Shown piece by piece: positions 9,028 to 18,419 of a stretch of 64,000 nt of DNA; within the stretch, counting starts at the first letter, position 1; the number at the start of each line of letters is the position of its first letter. The notes beneath the pieces are model-generated. The model was not told where the DNA came from. It saw only the letters and a program-made list of their open reading frames with translations, and did no database searches. The stretch lies in contig CAXMOP010000045.1 in NCBI GenBank assembly GCA_964195155.1, positions 23,636 through 87,635 of the forward strand, read 5' to 3'. Origin of the DNA: an uncultured Kiloniellales bacterium. GTDB taxonomy: Bacteria > Actinomycetota > Acidimicrobiia > Spongiisociales > UBA5794. Made by a program: the position numbers and the translations under genes.

Positions 9028-9338
9028 GACAAGAGCCGCCGGCCACATTCAGCCACCGTCCGGGCGTTGTGGACATCAGGGAAGCGCAGCAGTTCGATCC
9101 GCTCCAGCTGTGCATCTACACCACGATCGGGATCATCTCGTGGCTGATCACACCGGCGCTGACCGTTGCCATTTTCGGCGGCCTTGGCGTGGTTGGATAC
9201 GTACGCGCCCGAAGGCGCGGCCTGGCGAAGAGCCGCTGCAAGCTTGGCGACACCCGGCTGGTCATCGCCTACCTTGGCGTTGCGGCGACGATCGGCGCTG
9301 CGATCACGATCTACCGCATCGCCGAACTGATCACCTGA
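9024..9338 (+). CDS. Small integral membrane protein (104 aa), hypothetical
   Basis: ATGA overlap with the radical SAM stop. Two TM segments: IYTTIGIISWLITPALTVAIFGGLGVVGYV and LVIAYLGVAATIGAAITIY. Confidence 0.45.
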   Translation: MRQEPPATFSHRPGVVDIREAQQFDPLQLCIYTTIGIISWLITPALTVAIFGGLGVVGYVRARRRGLAKSRCKLGDTRLVIAYLGVAATIGAAITIYRIAELIT

Positions 9339-10173
9339 GCCCCTCGAAATCGACGGCGAGGACCATGACGTCCCCCTCGTCGCCAAGCACCCCCTCGAGC
9401 GCCTCGACGACGGCACCGCTCGTCCCCGGGGTGGTGAATGCAATCGCGGTCGGCCCGGCGCCAGACCAGGAAGCGTGGAGCGCTCCCGCATCCGTCGCCG
9501 CTTCGATCATCAAACCGGTGACCGGGGAAAGTCCAGCTCTGGCAGCTTCGTGCAGCTCATCGCCTCGGGCCGCGGCGAGCGCCGAGACGTCCCCCGTCCG
9601 GAGCCCCTCGACCAGTGCCACCGCCCGCGCTACCGAACGCGCCGCGGCTGCCAGCGGCACTTGGTCGGCCAGCGCCTCACGGGCCTCGTTTGTGGCCAGC
9701 CGCGCCTCCGGCACCCCGACGACGGGGATGAGCCCATCGCTGATCTCGAGCGACCGCGGCCCGTCGATCCCTACGGCCATGAGTCCCCCGAACACCGCGG
9801 CGGCGACGTTATCGCCGTGGCCTTCGATCGTTGCGATGATCTCGTAGGCCCGATCACGCCCGAGATCGGTGCCGGTCGCCCGCGCAGCAGCGGCTGCGGC
9901 GGCAACGGTAACGGCCGCCGACGAGCCGAGCCCACGGGTGCGGGGCACCTCGTTGTCCACGACAAGCGCCATCGGTTCACCGCCACCGGCGATGACCGCC
10001 CGATGGAGCATGTGCTCTTCGGCGAGTGCCTGTGGACCGTCGCCATCGTCCACCGTCATCACCGACGACGGCACAGCACGCACCCCACAACGCAGGTCAA
10101 CGGCAAGCCCGAGCACATCGAACCCTGGCCCAAGGTTGCCCGATGACCCCGGGGCGCTGGCCATGCCGATCAT
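9331..10173 (-). CDS. thrB: Homoserine kinase
   Basis: N-terminal APGSSGNLGPGFD, GHMP-kinase motif PRTRGLGSSAAV. Confidence 0.8.
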   Translation of the reverse strand: MIGMASAPGSSGNLGPGFDVLGLAVDLRCGVRAVPSSVMTVDDGDGPQALAEEHMLHRAVIAGGGEPMALVVDNEVPRTRGLGSSAAVTVAAAAAAARATGTDLGRDRAYEIIATIEGHGDNVAAAVFGGLMAVGIDGPRSLEISDGLIPVVGVPEARLATNEAREALADQVPLAAAARSVARAVALVEGLRTGDVSALAAARGDELHEAARAGLSPVTGLMIEAATDAGALHASWSGAGPTAIAFTTPGTSGAVVEALEGVLGDEGDVMVLAVDFEGLR

Positions 10174-11081
10174 CCGTCGACCGGCTCGATGAAAACCTTC
10201 CTGGCAGCAGGGACCGCGGCCCGGATCCCGGCTTCGATCTCGGCGATCGCTGCCTCCATCTGGTCGGTGTCGAGCCCGTCGTCGAACACGATGTCCATGT
10301 TCACCAGGATCTCCTCGGGGGCGAGCTGCATGGTGAGCAGCCGGTCAATACGCTGCACTTGTTCGACGCTCAGCGTCGCGGCCCGGAGCCGCGACCGTTC
10401 TTCCCGCGTGGCCGACTCTCCAATCAGCAGAGCCTTCATCTCCACGGCAATGAACCAGGCGACGCCGGCCAGCAGCAGCCCGATGAGGATGGACGCCAGC
10501 CCATCCCAAAAGGCGTCACCGGTGACGCGAGCAAGGATCAGCCCGATCGCGGCGATGGTCACACCGACGAGGGCCGCCGAGTCCTCGAACAGCACAACGA
10601 CGAGCGACGGGTCTTTGGACTCGCGAATCGATCTCGGGATCGAGCGGCCCGCGCGCAACTCGTTGAATTGCTTGAGCGCTGGGCGGAAGGCGATCCCATA
10701 TTCGAACAACGCAGCCAGGCCGAGCACCCCCATGGCAAGCCAGAAGCCCTCCTCCCCGTGGTCACCGGCGTTGAGAATCTTGGTGACGCCGGTGATGATC
10801 GAGATCACCGAGCCGCCGACAAACAAGAAGACCGCAACCATGAAGCCCCAGAAGTAGAGCTCTTTACCGCGCCCGTACGGGTGCTGGACGTCGGGTTCCT
10901 TTTCCGCCGCGCTGTGTCCGCGCAACAGGAACAGCTGGTTCCCGGTATCGGCTAGGGAATGGACGCCCTCGGCGAGCATTGCCGCGCTGCTCGACACCGC
11001 GGCCGCACCGAATTTGGTGAGCGCGATTAAGAAGTTGGCGACCAGGGCCAGGATGACGAGGCGTCTCGATTCGGCTGCCAT
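10170..11081 (-). CDS. Cation diffusion facilitator (CDF) family transporter
   Basis: Motifs ALVANFLIALTKFGAA and HSLADTGNQ, plus a C-terminal cytoplasmic domain. The start is set at the internal MAAESRRL rather than the track's 11189, which overlaps the divergent ABC gene. Confidence 0.75.
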   Translation of the reverse strand: MAAESRRLVILALVANFLIALTKFGAAAVSSSAAMLAEGVHSLADTGNQLFLLRGHSAAEKEPDVQHPYGRGKELYFWGFMVAVFLFVGGSVISIITGVTKILNAGDHGEEGFWLAMGVLGLAALFEYGIAFRPALKQFNELRAGRSIPRSIRESKDPSLVVVLFEDSAALVGVTIAAIGLILARVTGDAFWDGLASILIGLLLAGVAWFIAVEMKALLIGESATREERSRLRAATLSVEQVQRIDRLLTMQLAPEEILVNMDIVFDDGLDTDQMEAAIAEIEAGIRAAVPAARKVFIEPVDG

Positions 11082-11175
11082 GCAGAGGGAGGCTACCGGC
11101 GCCGCGTCCGGGACCCGGGCAGCTCCCGAGAACCGTAGGCTCATGGCCGAACTCAGGAACGGGAGGTAGCCGGCA

Positions 11176-12078
11176 ATGACGATGGCCATCGAGGCGGTCG
11201 GCCTGACGAAATACTACGGAGACACCCCCGGGATCATCGACCTCAACCTCGAGGTCGAGACGGGGGAGATCTTCGGGTTCCTGGGCCCGAACGGGGCCGG
11301 CAAGAGCACCACCATCCGGACCCTGCTCGACCTGCTCCACCCATCATCCGGGACCGCGACCATCCTCGGATTCGACAGTCACACGGATTCGGTTGAGATC
11401 AGACGGCGCACCGGCTATTTGCCTGGGGACCTTTCGATGTACGACCACATGACCGCACGCGAGATGCTTCGCTACTTCTCGTCGCTGCGCGGCATCGAAA
11501 CATCGGCTCGTGTCGAAGAGTTGGCCCGGCGCCTCGAACTCGACCTCGACCGGAAGATCGGGTCCTACTCGAGCGGAAACCGTCAGAAGGTCGGGGTCGT
11601 GCAAGCGTTCATGCATGACCCGGAGCTGCTGATCCTCGACGAACCAAGCACCGGGCTGGATCCGCTCATGCAGCAGGAGTTCTATGCCATGATCGACGAG
11701 GTCAAGAACGCGGGCCGCACTGTATTCCTCTCCTCACACATCCTTCCCGAGGTGGAGCGCACCGCGGACCGGATCGGGATCGTCCGCAACAGCGAGCTCG
11801 TCACGGTGCAGACCATCGCCGACCTGAAGGAAAAGGCGCGTCGACACTTCCAGATTGTCTTCGGTGAGCCCGTGGCGCCCGACGAGTTTTCCGGGCTGCC
11901 CGGCGTTCAGTCGGTGGTCTCGTCCCACGACGGCTACGGCGTCGACATCGTCATCGAGGGCCCGGTCGACGGGATCCTCGGCGCCGCCGCCAAACACCAC
12001 ATGGAGAACGTGATCTCACACGAGGGGGATCTCGAGGACGCCTTCCTCGCGTTCTATGAGGACGACGATGCTGCCTAG
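11176..12078 (+). CDS. ABC transporter ATP-binding protein
   Basis: Walker A GPNGAGKST, signature YSSGNRQKV, Walker B LLILDEPSTGLD. Confidence 0.85.
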   Translation: MTMAIEAVGLTKYYGDTPGIIDLNLEVETGEIFGFLGPNGAGKSTTIRTLLDLLHPSSGTATILGFDSHTDSVEIRRRTGYLPGDLSMYDHMTAREMLRYFSSLRGIETSARVEELARRLELDLDRKIGSYSSGNRQKVGVVQAFMHDPELLILDEPSTGLDPLMQQEFYAMIDEVKNAGRTVFLSSHILPEVERTADRIGIVRNSELVTVQTIADLKEKARRHFQIVFGEPVAPDEFSGLPGVQSVVSSHDGYGVDIVIEGPVDGILGAAAKHHMENVISHEGDLEDAFLAFYEDDDAA

Positions 12079-12192
12079 GAGGGTGCTGAGCAATCCTCCA
12101 GCGGGCCCGTCGCGGTCGCGAGAAACCGAGCCACCGCAACCCTCGAGCAAGCGGCGGCCCATGGCACCGGTCATTGTTCAGCACCCTCCTGA
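12075..12192 (+). repeat. MITE/REP-like ~117-bp element, copy A (terminal inverted repeats, CTAG terminus supplying the ABC ATPase stop codon)
   Basis: ctaggagggtgctgagcaatcc...gtcattgttcagcaccctcctga. The 5' end is nearly the reverse complement of the 3' end. Four related copies lie at ~15386, ~28733, ~30382 and ~41655. Confidence 0.7.
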
Positions 12193-12256
12193 GGCGAAGC
12201 GGATTCGATCAGCTCGCGGTACACAGGTTCGCCACCTACGAGATGAAGGCTCGTAA

Positions 12257-13927
12257 GTGATGTTTGGCTCCGTCTTCACCAAGACCATATGGGAGCGCCG
12301 GTGGGGGATGATCGGCTGGGTGCTCGGCGGGCTCGCCACCGTCATGTTCATGATTGCGGTCTACCCGATCGTTCGTGATTCCGCAGGGTTCGTCGAGGCG
12401 ATCGAGAGCCTGCCAGAGGAGTTCCTCGCCTTCGCCGGGATCGACCCGGAGCTGTTCACGACCGGGGCCGGGTTCCTGCAAGCGCAGATGTATTCGCTGC
12501 TGGGCCCGCTCTTGGTTCTCATCCTTGCCATCGGGATCGGCGCCTCGGCGACCGCAGCCGAGGAGGCAACCGGGACGGCGGACCTGCTCCTGGCTACGCC
12601 GGTCACCAGGTCACGGGTCGTGATCGACAAGGCACTGGCGATGATGTTCCTCGTCGGGATGCTGGTCCTGGCGTTCGTTGTCGGCTTGCTCATTGGCCAG
12701 GTGGTGGTCGACCTGCAGCTGGAAGCACTTGGGATCATCGGTGTCAACGTCGGCTTGCTGCTGCTCGGACTCTTCTTTGGGGCCCTCGCCCTCATGATCG
12801 GGGCCTGGAGCGGAAAGCGAGCCCTGGCGACCGCGGTGGCCGGGGGCGTTGCGGGGCTGTCGTTTGTGATCGACAGCTTTGCCCCACTGGTGTCGAGCTT
12901 CGAGACCATCCAGCCGTACACACCCTTCTCCTGGTATTCGGCCGACATCCCGATCCTCGTGGGCCCAACCAGCGGTCATCTGCTGCTCCTCGCCGGGAAT
13001 GTCCTGTTCACCGCGGGCGCCGTACTGCTTTTCCAGCGCCGCGACCTCGCGGTCTTCGCCGGGCTCCGGCTGCCCTTCCGCGTCGGGCGGGAACGGCAGG
13101 CGAGGAGCTCCACGAGCCCGCTGCTCACCACCATTGGTGGCAAGGGGATCTGGGACCGACGCCGGTCTTTCTGGTGGTGGCTCGCCGGGATCGGCGCTCT
13201 CGCGGCTGTCACCATCTCGCTGTTCCCGAGCCTGGACGAAAGCGGAGACGCATTTCAAGGCCTCCTCGAGGCCTATCCGCCCGAGCTTCTTGCCATGTTC
13301 GGAATCACCGACATCGGCTCGCTGCTGACCGGTGCCGGCCTGGTGTCGTCACGCGTCTACCAAGGCATCGGCCTGGTGGTGTTCCTCACGTTCGCCATCG
13401 GGATCGGCAAAGCAGCCCTCGCCGGCGAAGAGCAGGATGGAACCGCCGATCTCCTCCTCACCACGCCGTCGACCCGGGATCGGGTGGTCCTTGGCAAGGC
13501 GACGTCAATGATGCTGCTGCTGCTTGCCCTCGCGTTCGGCGTGTTCGTCTTCGTCTGGGTCGGTGACCTCATCGTCGACCTCGGCCTCAGCCTCGATGGC
13601 CTGATCGCCGCCAACGTGGGGATGGCGTTCCTCGCATTCCTGTTTGGTGCGATCGCGCTGGCGACCGGGGCGGCTACCGGCAAGCCCGGCGTGGCAATCG
13701 TCGTCGCTTCGGGGATCGGTGTGGTGACATTCCTCCTCAACGGGTTCGGGACCGTCGTCGATTGGCTGGAGCGTGTGCGCCCGCTCTCGCCGTTCTACTG
13801 GTATCAGGGCGACAGCAACCCCCTCAGCCAGAACCTCGGCTGGCAGCAGCCGCTGCTTCTCGCGATTGGGCTCATATTCGTCGCCGCTGCCGTCTTCCTC
13901 TTCAGGCAGCGCGACATCGGGACGTGA
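12257..13927 (+). CDS. ABC-2 type transporter permease (duplicated 6+6 TM)
   Basis: 556 aa with two homologous halves, each containing multiple TM helices. It lies downstream of the ABC ATPase. Confidence 0.7.
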   Translation: MMFGSVFTKTIWERRWGMIGWVLGGLATVMFMIAVYPIVRDSAGFVEAIESLPEEFLAFAGIDPELFTTGAGFLQAQMYSLLGPLLVLILAIGIGASATAAEEATGTADLLLATPVTRSRVVIDKALAMMFLVGMLVLAFVVGLLIGQVVVDLQLEALGIIGVNVGLLLLGLFFGALALMIGAWSGKRALATAVAGGVAGLSFVIDSFAPLVSSFETIQPYTPFSWYSADIPILVGPTSGHLLLLAGNVLFTAGAVLLFQRRDLAVFAGLRLPFRVGRERQARSSTSPLLTTIGGKGIWDRRRSFWWWLAGIGALAAVTISLFPSLDESGDAFQGLLEAYPPELLAMFGITDIGSLLTGAGLVSSRVYQGIGLVVFLTFAIGIGKAALAGEEQDGTADLLLTTPSTRDRVVLGKATSMMLLLLALAFGVFVFVWVGDLIVDLGLSLDGLIAANVGMAFLAFLFGAIALATGAATGKPGVAIVVASGIGVVTFLLNGFGTVVDWLERVRPLSPFYWYQGDSNPLSQNLGWQQPLLLAIGLIFVAAAVFLFRQRDIGT

Positions 13928-13935
13928 CCTTCCCG

Positions 13936-14583
13936 ATGGTCGAGGCCGGGGTGCTGCCATGGCTCTCGATCGAGCAGATGACGGAGGCCGATCGGCTTGC
14001 GGTCGAAGAGTTCGGCATCGAGCTGCTCCAGATGATGGAGCATGCCGGCTCCGCCCTGGCCTCAGTGGTGATGGCGATCGCACCTGAAGGACCCATCGCC
14101 GTGCTCGCCGGTGGGGGCAACAACGGCGGGGGTGGTCTGTGCGCAGCCCGCCACCTCGTGAACCGGGGCCGGTCTGTTTCGATCGTCCTCGCCACAGATC
14201 GTCCAGGGACGGCTGCCGGACACCATCTGCACACCCTCGCTGCGATGGGGATTCAGCCACTCGATGAGCCCGATGACCTGCCGATCGTGGTCGATGCCTT
14301 GGTCGGTTACGGCCTCGAAGGACCGCTACGAGGGAAGGCGGCTGAGCTCGCGGCGTGGTCCAAGGGCCGAACGGCAATTTCGCTCGACTTTCCCTCGGGT
14401 CACGGGCACGCCGGCGCGATCGAACCCGTCGCCACGCTCACACTCGCGCTTCCCAAGGAGGACCTTGGCGATGTGCGCCCGCTCTACCTCGCCGACATTG
14501 GCCTCCCCCGGAGCCTGTGGGCGGCCATGGGCCTCGACGTCGGGCCGGTGTTCAAGGCCGGAGGAGTGGTTGAGGTCGTCTGA
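13936..14583 (+). CDS. NAD(P)H-hydrate epimerase (YjeF N-terminal domain)
   Basis: LAGGGNNGGGGL motif typical of YjeF_N. The start is set at the ATG at 13936 to avoid overlap with the permease. Confidence 0.65.
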   Translation: MVEAGVLPWLSIEQMTEADRLAVEEFGIELLQMMEHAGSALASVVMAIAPEGPIAVLAGGGNNGGGGLCAARHLVNRGRSVSIVLATDRPGTAAGHHLHTLAAMGIQPLDEPDDLPIVVDALVGYGLEGPLRGKAAELAAWSKGRTAISLDFPSGHGHAGAIEPVATLTLALPKEDLGDVRPLYLADIGLPRSLWAAMGLDVGPVFKAGGVVEVV

Positions 14584-14593
14584 GGCAAAGCGA

Positions 14594-14622
14594 GAGGCCC
14601 CCGCCGGGCGGGGGCCTCCTCG
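14594..14622. terminator. GC-rich hairpin between convergent genes (putative bidirectional terminator)
   Basis: gagaggcccccgccgggcgggggcctcctc forms a perfect 12-bp stem. It lies between the YjeF_N stop (14583) and the minus-strand stop (14640). Confidence 0.5.
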
Positions 14623-14639
14623 TCGTAGGTTTGATCTAG

Positions 14640-15305
14640 CTACTCGCCCATTCGGCCCTTGGCACCGGGTGTGCCGTACTTGGCCCACCATTGCTTTGCA
14701 GCATCGATGCCTCCAACGCCGAAGGCAATCGCCAGGGCAATGCCGAAGGCGGCCACCACCAGACTGACGAGTTGGGCGGCGAACTCGATTTCAAGCAGAT
14801 CGAGCGCGAACAAGACGCCAAACACGATGATCGCGACCTGGGCGACCCAGGCGAGCCACGCAACGCCGCGGTCCGCGGCGAACGGCCGAATCAGATCCGC
14901 AGTCCAGCTGGCGACGGCCGCGGCGATGATCACAACGATCGCACCGAGGATCAGCACCGGTATCCACGCCAGTAGGCGCTCGAGCAGAGCTTCGATGCCG
15001 GAGAGGTTCAGGATCCGCACCGCCACCAAGACCAGACCCACCATCAGGTAGGCATATACCACGGTTCCGGTTATGGATGCGGCGGTCTGATCCGAGTCTG
15101 CGAGCGCGCGGTTGACGCCCGAACGCTCCCAAACCCCGTCGAGCCAGGAAACGCTAAGAACCCGCTCAATGATCCGACGGACCCATTTCAGGACCCAACG
15201 CCCAATGATCAATATCAAGAGCGCGATAGCGATCAGAATCGTCCACTCGACGAGTGTCTCGCCGAGCATGCGCAGCTCCTCCAACAGTCGATCCCAAAAT
15301 GACAA
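14640..15305 (-). CDS. Hypothetical membrane protein with repeated conserved TM helices (MscS N-terminal-like)
   Basis: Multiple long hydrophobic helices (TILIAIALLILIIGRWV, VVYAYLMVGLVLVAVRIL, AIVVIIAAAVASW, VAQVAIIVFGVLFALDLL). Confidence 0.45.
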   Translation of the reverse strand: MSFWDRLLEELRMLGETLVEWTILIAIALLILIIGRWVLKWVRRIIERVLSVSWLDGVWERSGVNRALADSDQTAASITGTVVYAYLMVGLVLVAVRILNLSGIEALLERLLAWIPVLILGAIVVIIAAAVASWTADLIRPFAADRGVAWLAWVAQVAIIVFGVLFALDLLEIEFAAQLVSLVVAAFGIALAIAFGVGGIDAAKQWWAKYGTPGAKGRMGE

Positions 15306-15385
15306 GATGTGCCTCCTTCTATCCCTGGCAGGGGACTATGGCATGCGGCACAGCCATGGGCCAATCGGATTGTGGAGACAGCTCG

Positions 15386-15502
15386 CTAGGAGGGTGTTGA
15401 GCAATCCTCTAGCGTGCCGGCGCTGACTGGAGAATCCGAGTCACCGCAACACTCAAGCGAGCGGCGGCTCAGGGCACTCGTCATTGTTCAACACCGTCCT
15501 AG
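15386..15502 (+). repeat. MITE/REP-like element, copy B
   Basis: ctaggagggtgttgagcaatcctctagcgtgcc...tcattgttcaacaccgtcctag. Its 3' CTAG supplies the stop of the minus-strand oxidoreductase gene. Confidence 0.7.
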
Positions 15503-16047
15503 TCGTCGGCCGGCGAGTCCCAGTCGGTAACGTTCTTTCCCGCTTCGCGGGCGAGAATGTCGAGGGCTGCGGTGGCTCCGGCGCCGGCGGAGATGATCGC
15601 CTGACTTCGCTCGGGCCGTGCCGATCTGCCCACCGCATAGACGCGATCCATCGAGGACGCATATTCACGGTTCACCACGATGGCCCCTGAATCGTCGAGG
15701 GCGAGGCCGAGCGACCGTGCCAGCGCCGGGTTCTTGCCCTCGGAAAAGATGAGATAGTCGTAGGTGGCGCTGTCGGACTCGGTTGCCACGGTGAATCCGC
15801 CATCGGCAGAGACTGCCGTTACCTCGTCATCGACGATGCTGCCGCCGACGGCGGTGACCTGCCCGCGGGCGATCTCTTGGAAATCCGATCCGTCGATCTC
15901 GCGGATCCCGAGGTAGTTGTGGAGATATGCGAACTGCATCGCCGTCTTGTCGGTCCCGTACACGATCGCTTCGTGCCCGTTCTTTGCCAGGAAGAGTGCC
16001 GCCGACAGACCTCCTGGCCCGTCCCCGATGATCGCAATCGATGTCAT
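15499..16047 (-). CDS. FAD/NAD(P)-binding oxidoreductase (short thioredoxin-reductase-like)
   Basis: N-terminal dinucleotide-binding motif IAIIGDGPGGLSAA and a C-terminal GAGATAA-like segment. Confidence 0.55.
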   Translation of the reverse strand: MTSIAIIGDGPGGLSAALFLAKNGHEAIVYGTDKTAMQFAYLHNYLGIREIDGSDFQEIARGQVTAVGGSIVDDEVTAVSADGGFTVATESDSATYDYLIFSEGKNPALARSLGLALDDSGAIVVNREYASSMDRVYAVGRSARPERSQAIISAGAGATAALDILAREAGKNVTDWDSPADD

Positions 16048-16097
16048 CTCGCTCCCTCTATCGCTTAGGGTCGCTCAACGCACAGATCTGCTCAGAT

Positions 16098-16388
16098 ATG
16101 CCCATGCAAGCACCGATCGCGGCAACAAAGTTCACGGTCTACGGGCGGGTGCAGGGCGTCGGTTTCCGATGGTCAACCCGACGAGTTGCCGGCGAACTAG
16201 ACCTCGCAGGCTGGGCAAGAAATCGCCCGGACGGTTCGGTTGAGACATGGGCGCAGGGTTCTGCTGAGGCAATCACGCAGATGGCATCATTCCTCGAACA
16301 GGGGCCCGCCGGCGCTCGAGTCGCGGCTGTTAAGGCTGAACAGGTTGAACCCGACCATCTGCTCGAAGGTTTCCAGATCCTCTTTTGA
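16098..16388 (+). CDS. Acylphosphatase
   Basis: VYGRVQGVGFRWSTRRVAGELDLAGWARNRPDGSVE matches acylphosphatase signatures 1 and 2. Confidence 0.8.
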   Translation: MPMQAPIAATKFTVYGRVQGVGFRWSTRRVAGELDLAGWARNRPDGSVETWAQGSAEAITQMASFLEQGPAGARVAAVKAEQVEPDHLLEGFQILF

Positions 16389-16403
16389 CTCGCGACTCGC
16401 GAC

Positions 16404-16739
16404 TCAGAGGTGCTCGTTGATCTGCACGGGGGTTCCGTCGGGATCCTCCAGCACGATCGAGCGGCCGAAGGTCTCGTCGGCAATCCCTCTCGCCGGCTGG
16501 ATGCCGTGGTCGGCGAGGCGCAGTACGACCGCCTCGAGGGGCTCGGCGGTCACCAGGGACAGCTCCACACGACCCCGCTGTGGCGAATTCTCGACGCTAT
16601 GCACCCCGAGCGTTGCCCCACCGACATCGAACGCGGTCCACATGTCGGACTCAATGGTTGGCTTCGATCCGATCACATGGCCGTACCACTCGACGGCGGC
16701 TTCGGTGTTGCCGGTGTAGATGATTGGCTGCAGTTTCAC
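16404..16739 (-). CDS. VOC (glyoxalase/bleomycin-resistance) family protein
   Basis: 111 aa. GTG start, overlapping the upstream small ORF's stop (GTGA). Confidence 0.65.
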   Translation of the reverse strand: MKLQPIIYTGNTEAAVEWYGHVIGSKPTIESDMWTAFDVGGATLGVHSVENSPQRGRVELSLVTAEPLEAVVLRLADHGIQPARGIADETFGRSIVLEDPDGTPVQINEHL

Positions 16740-16885
16740 TTCCGCTCCTTCTCGCTCAGATAGGCCTCGAGGGCGTCGGCTACGAAATCGGACAGTCGCT
16801 GTTCCGCTTCGATGGCGGCGTGCTTGACTCGCTTGATGAGCGGCTCGACCAAGTAAACATTGAATTGTTTCTTCTCTTCGGGCAT
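16736..16885 (-). CDS. Putative ribbon-helix-helix (CopG/Arc-like) small protein, 49 aa
   Basis: Encodes MPEEKKQFNVYLVEPLIKRVKHAAIEAEQRLSDFVADALEAYLSEKERK, a beta-strand (FNVYL) followed by two helices. Its stop is coupled to the VOC start. Palindromic ctagtgtgttagtgttctag lies upstream. Confidence 0.4.
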   Translation of the reverse strand: MPEEKKQFNVYLVEPLIKRVKHAAIEAEQRLSDFVADALEAYLSEKERK

Positions 16886-17041
16886 TTTGCTAGTGTGTTA
16901 GTGTTCTAGCATCTTGTCAAGGGACACCATGTCACTGGATTCCGCACCGGTGGTGTCGTTCATTGCGACCACGGACGCCGAGCTGGTTCCTGGACCCTGC
17001 TGACAACATCCTGTCGATCACTCAGCGCGGCTGATAAACAC

Positions 17042-18295
17042 TCAATCCGTGTGCACGTCCCTCGTCATGATGTCCGACAGCCCTTCGACAAAGTCTGACG
17101 TCGTGCCGAGCAGATCTGATCCCGGCCCAATCGCCCTGTTGCCGAACTTCTCCCGGAGCGCATCCACCGCCTCGTCGAGGGCTTGAAGCTCGAGCTCCTT
17201 GGGGTTGCCCGGCGATGCTTCCTCGTCGTCCACATCCAGCTCGAGCTGGAGCGCGGCACCTCGCTCCAGATTTGAGACGGAGATGCCGAGCAGGTTGAGG
17301 CCGCGATCGGGGTGATCGTCCAGGACCTTGTCGACCAGCCCCGACCCGGTTCGGTAGAGCACGGCGCTCGACGCAGTTGCGGCGCGGAGCGTCTTCGACC
17401 TGGTCACCGAGGCCATGTCGGTGAACCGTGCCCGGACGGTCATGGTTCGGCCACGCCGCCCCTTGTTCCGGAGCCGCGCCCCGACCCGCGATGAGAGCCG
17501 AGCAATCACGGCCTTGAGCTCGTCGGGGTCGCGGTGGTCTCCACCGAATGCACTCTGAGAGCCGACCGAGGAGGCGCGGCGGCTGGTCTCGACCATGCGG
17601 GCGTCGTTGTTCATCGACAGGGCCCGGAGCTGTGCGGCCTTCGCCCGGCCAACACGATCGGTGAGCATCCGCTCCGAGGTCGCCGAAATATCTCCGATCG
17701 TGGTGATCCCGAGGCTGGCCAACGCCTCCTGGGTAACCGGTCCAACCCCCCAGAGCCGTCCGACCGGCAGTGGATGGAGAAACGCGACCTCAGAGCCGGG
17801 CTCCACCACAATGAGCCCGTCGGGTTTCGCCACCTGGCTGGCGATCTTCGCCAGAAACTTCGTCGGTGCCGCACCCACCGAAACCGGAAGCTTGGTCTGC
17901 TCGCGTACCCGTCTGCGAATACTCTTCCCGATCTCTTCCGGCGTGCCGAACAGGTGCGTCGACCCCGAGACGTCGAGGAACGCCTCGTCGATCGACAACG
18001 GCTCGACGACCGGAGTGAACTCGCGGAATACCTCGAAGACGCGGTCCGAGTATTCGACGAACTCGCCGAATTCGCTGTCGAGGACGATGAGCGTTGGACA
18101 CAACTTGCGCGCCTGCCCGAGCGGCATCGCACTGCGAACACCCATCGCCCGTGCCTCGTAGGTACACGAGAGCACCACGCCACCACCGACGGCTACCGGC
18201 TTCCCGATCAGGTGCGGCGCCTTGAGCAAGGCAACGGACGCGTAGAACGCGTCGAGATCAGCATGCAGGATCGTCGGCCCGTCGGCGCGCCTCAT
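17042..18295 (-). CDS. dinB: DNA polymerase IV (Y-family)
   Basis: ILHADLDAFYASVA, catalytic SIDEAFLDV, HhH-like region. Confidence 0.85.
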   Translation of the reverse strand: MRRADGPTILHADLDAFYASVALLKAPHLIGKPVAVGGGVVLSCTYEARAMGVRSAMPLGQARKLCPTLIVLDSEFGEFVEYSDRVFEVFREFTPVVEPLSIDEAFLDVSGSTHLFGTPEEIGKSIRRRVREQTKLPVSVGAAPTKFLAKIASQVAKPDGLIVVEPGSEVAFLHPLPVGRLWGVGPVTQEALASLGITTIGDISATSERMLTDRVGRAKAAQLRALSMNNDARMVETSRRASSVGSQSAFGGDHRDPDELKAVIARLSSRVGARLRNKGRRGRTMTVRARFTDMASVTRSKTLRAATASSAVLYRTGSGLVDKVLDDHPDRGLNLLGISVSNLERGAALQLELDVDDEEASPGNPKELELQALDEAVDALREKFGNRAIGPGSDLLGTTSDFVEGLSDIMTRDVHTD

Positions 18296-18419
18296 GCGGA
18301 GATCATGTCACGCCCGTGTGACAGAACTTCCCTCTTTCGTCGATCGAATCATGGTCAAGTGCGAGCACAGCGTCGGTCGATGGACCAGAATCGACGCCGT
18401 GCCAGCCAGAATCGACACC

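Noticed and set aside
10170-11189. Longest-ORF start of the CDF transporter (11189)
   Set aside because: It would overlap the divergent ABC ATPase start (11176) and prepend ~36 non-conserved residues. The internal Met before ALVANFLIALTKF is the likely start.
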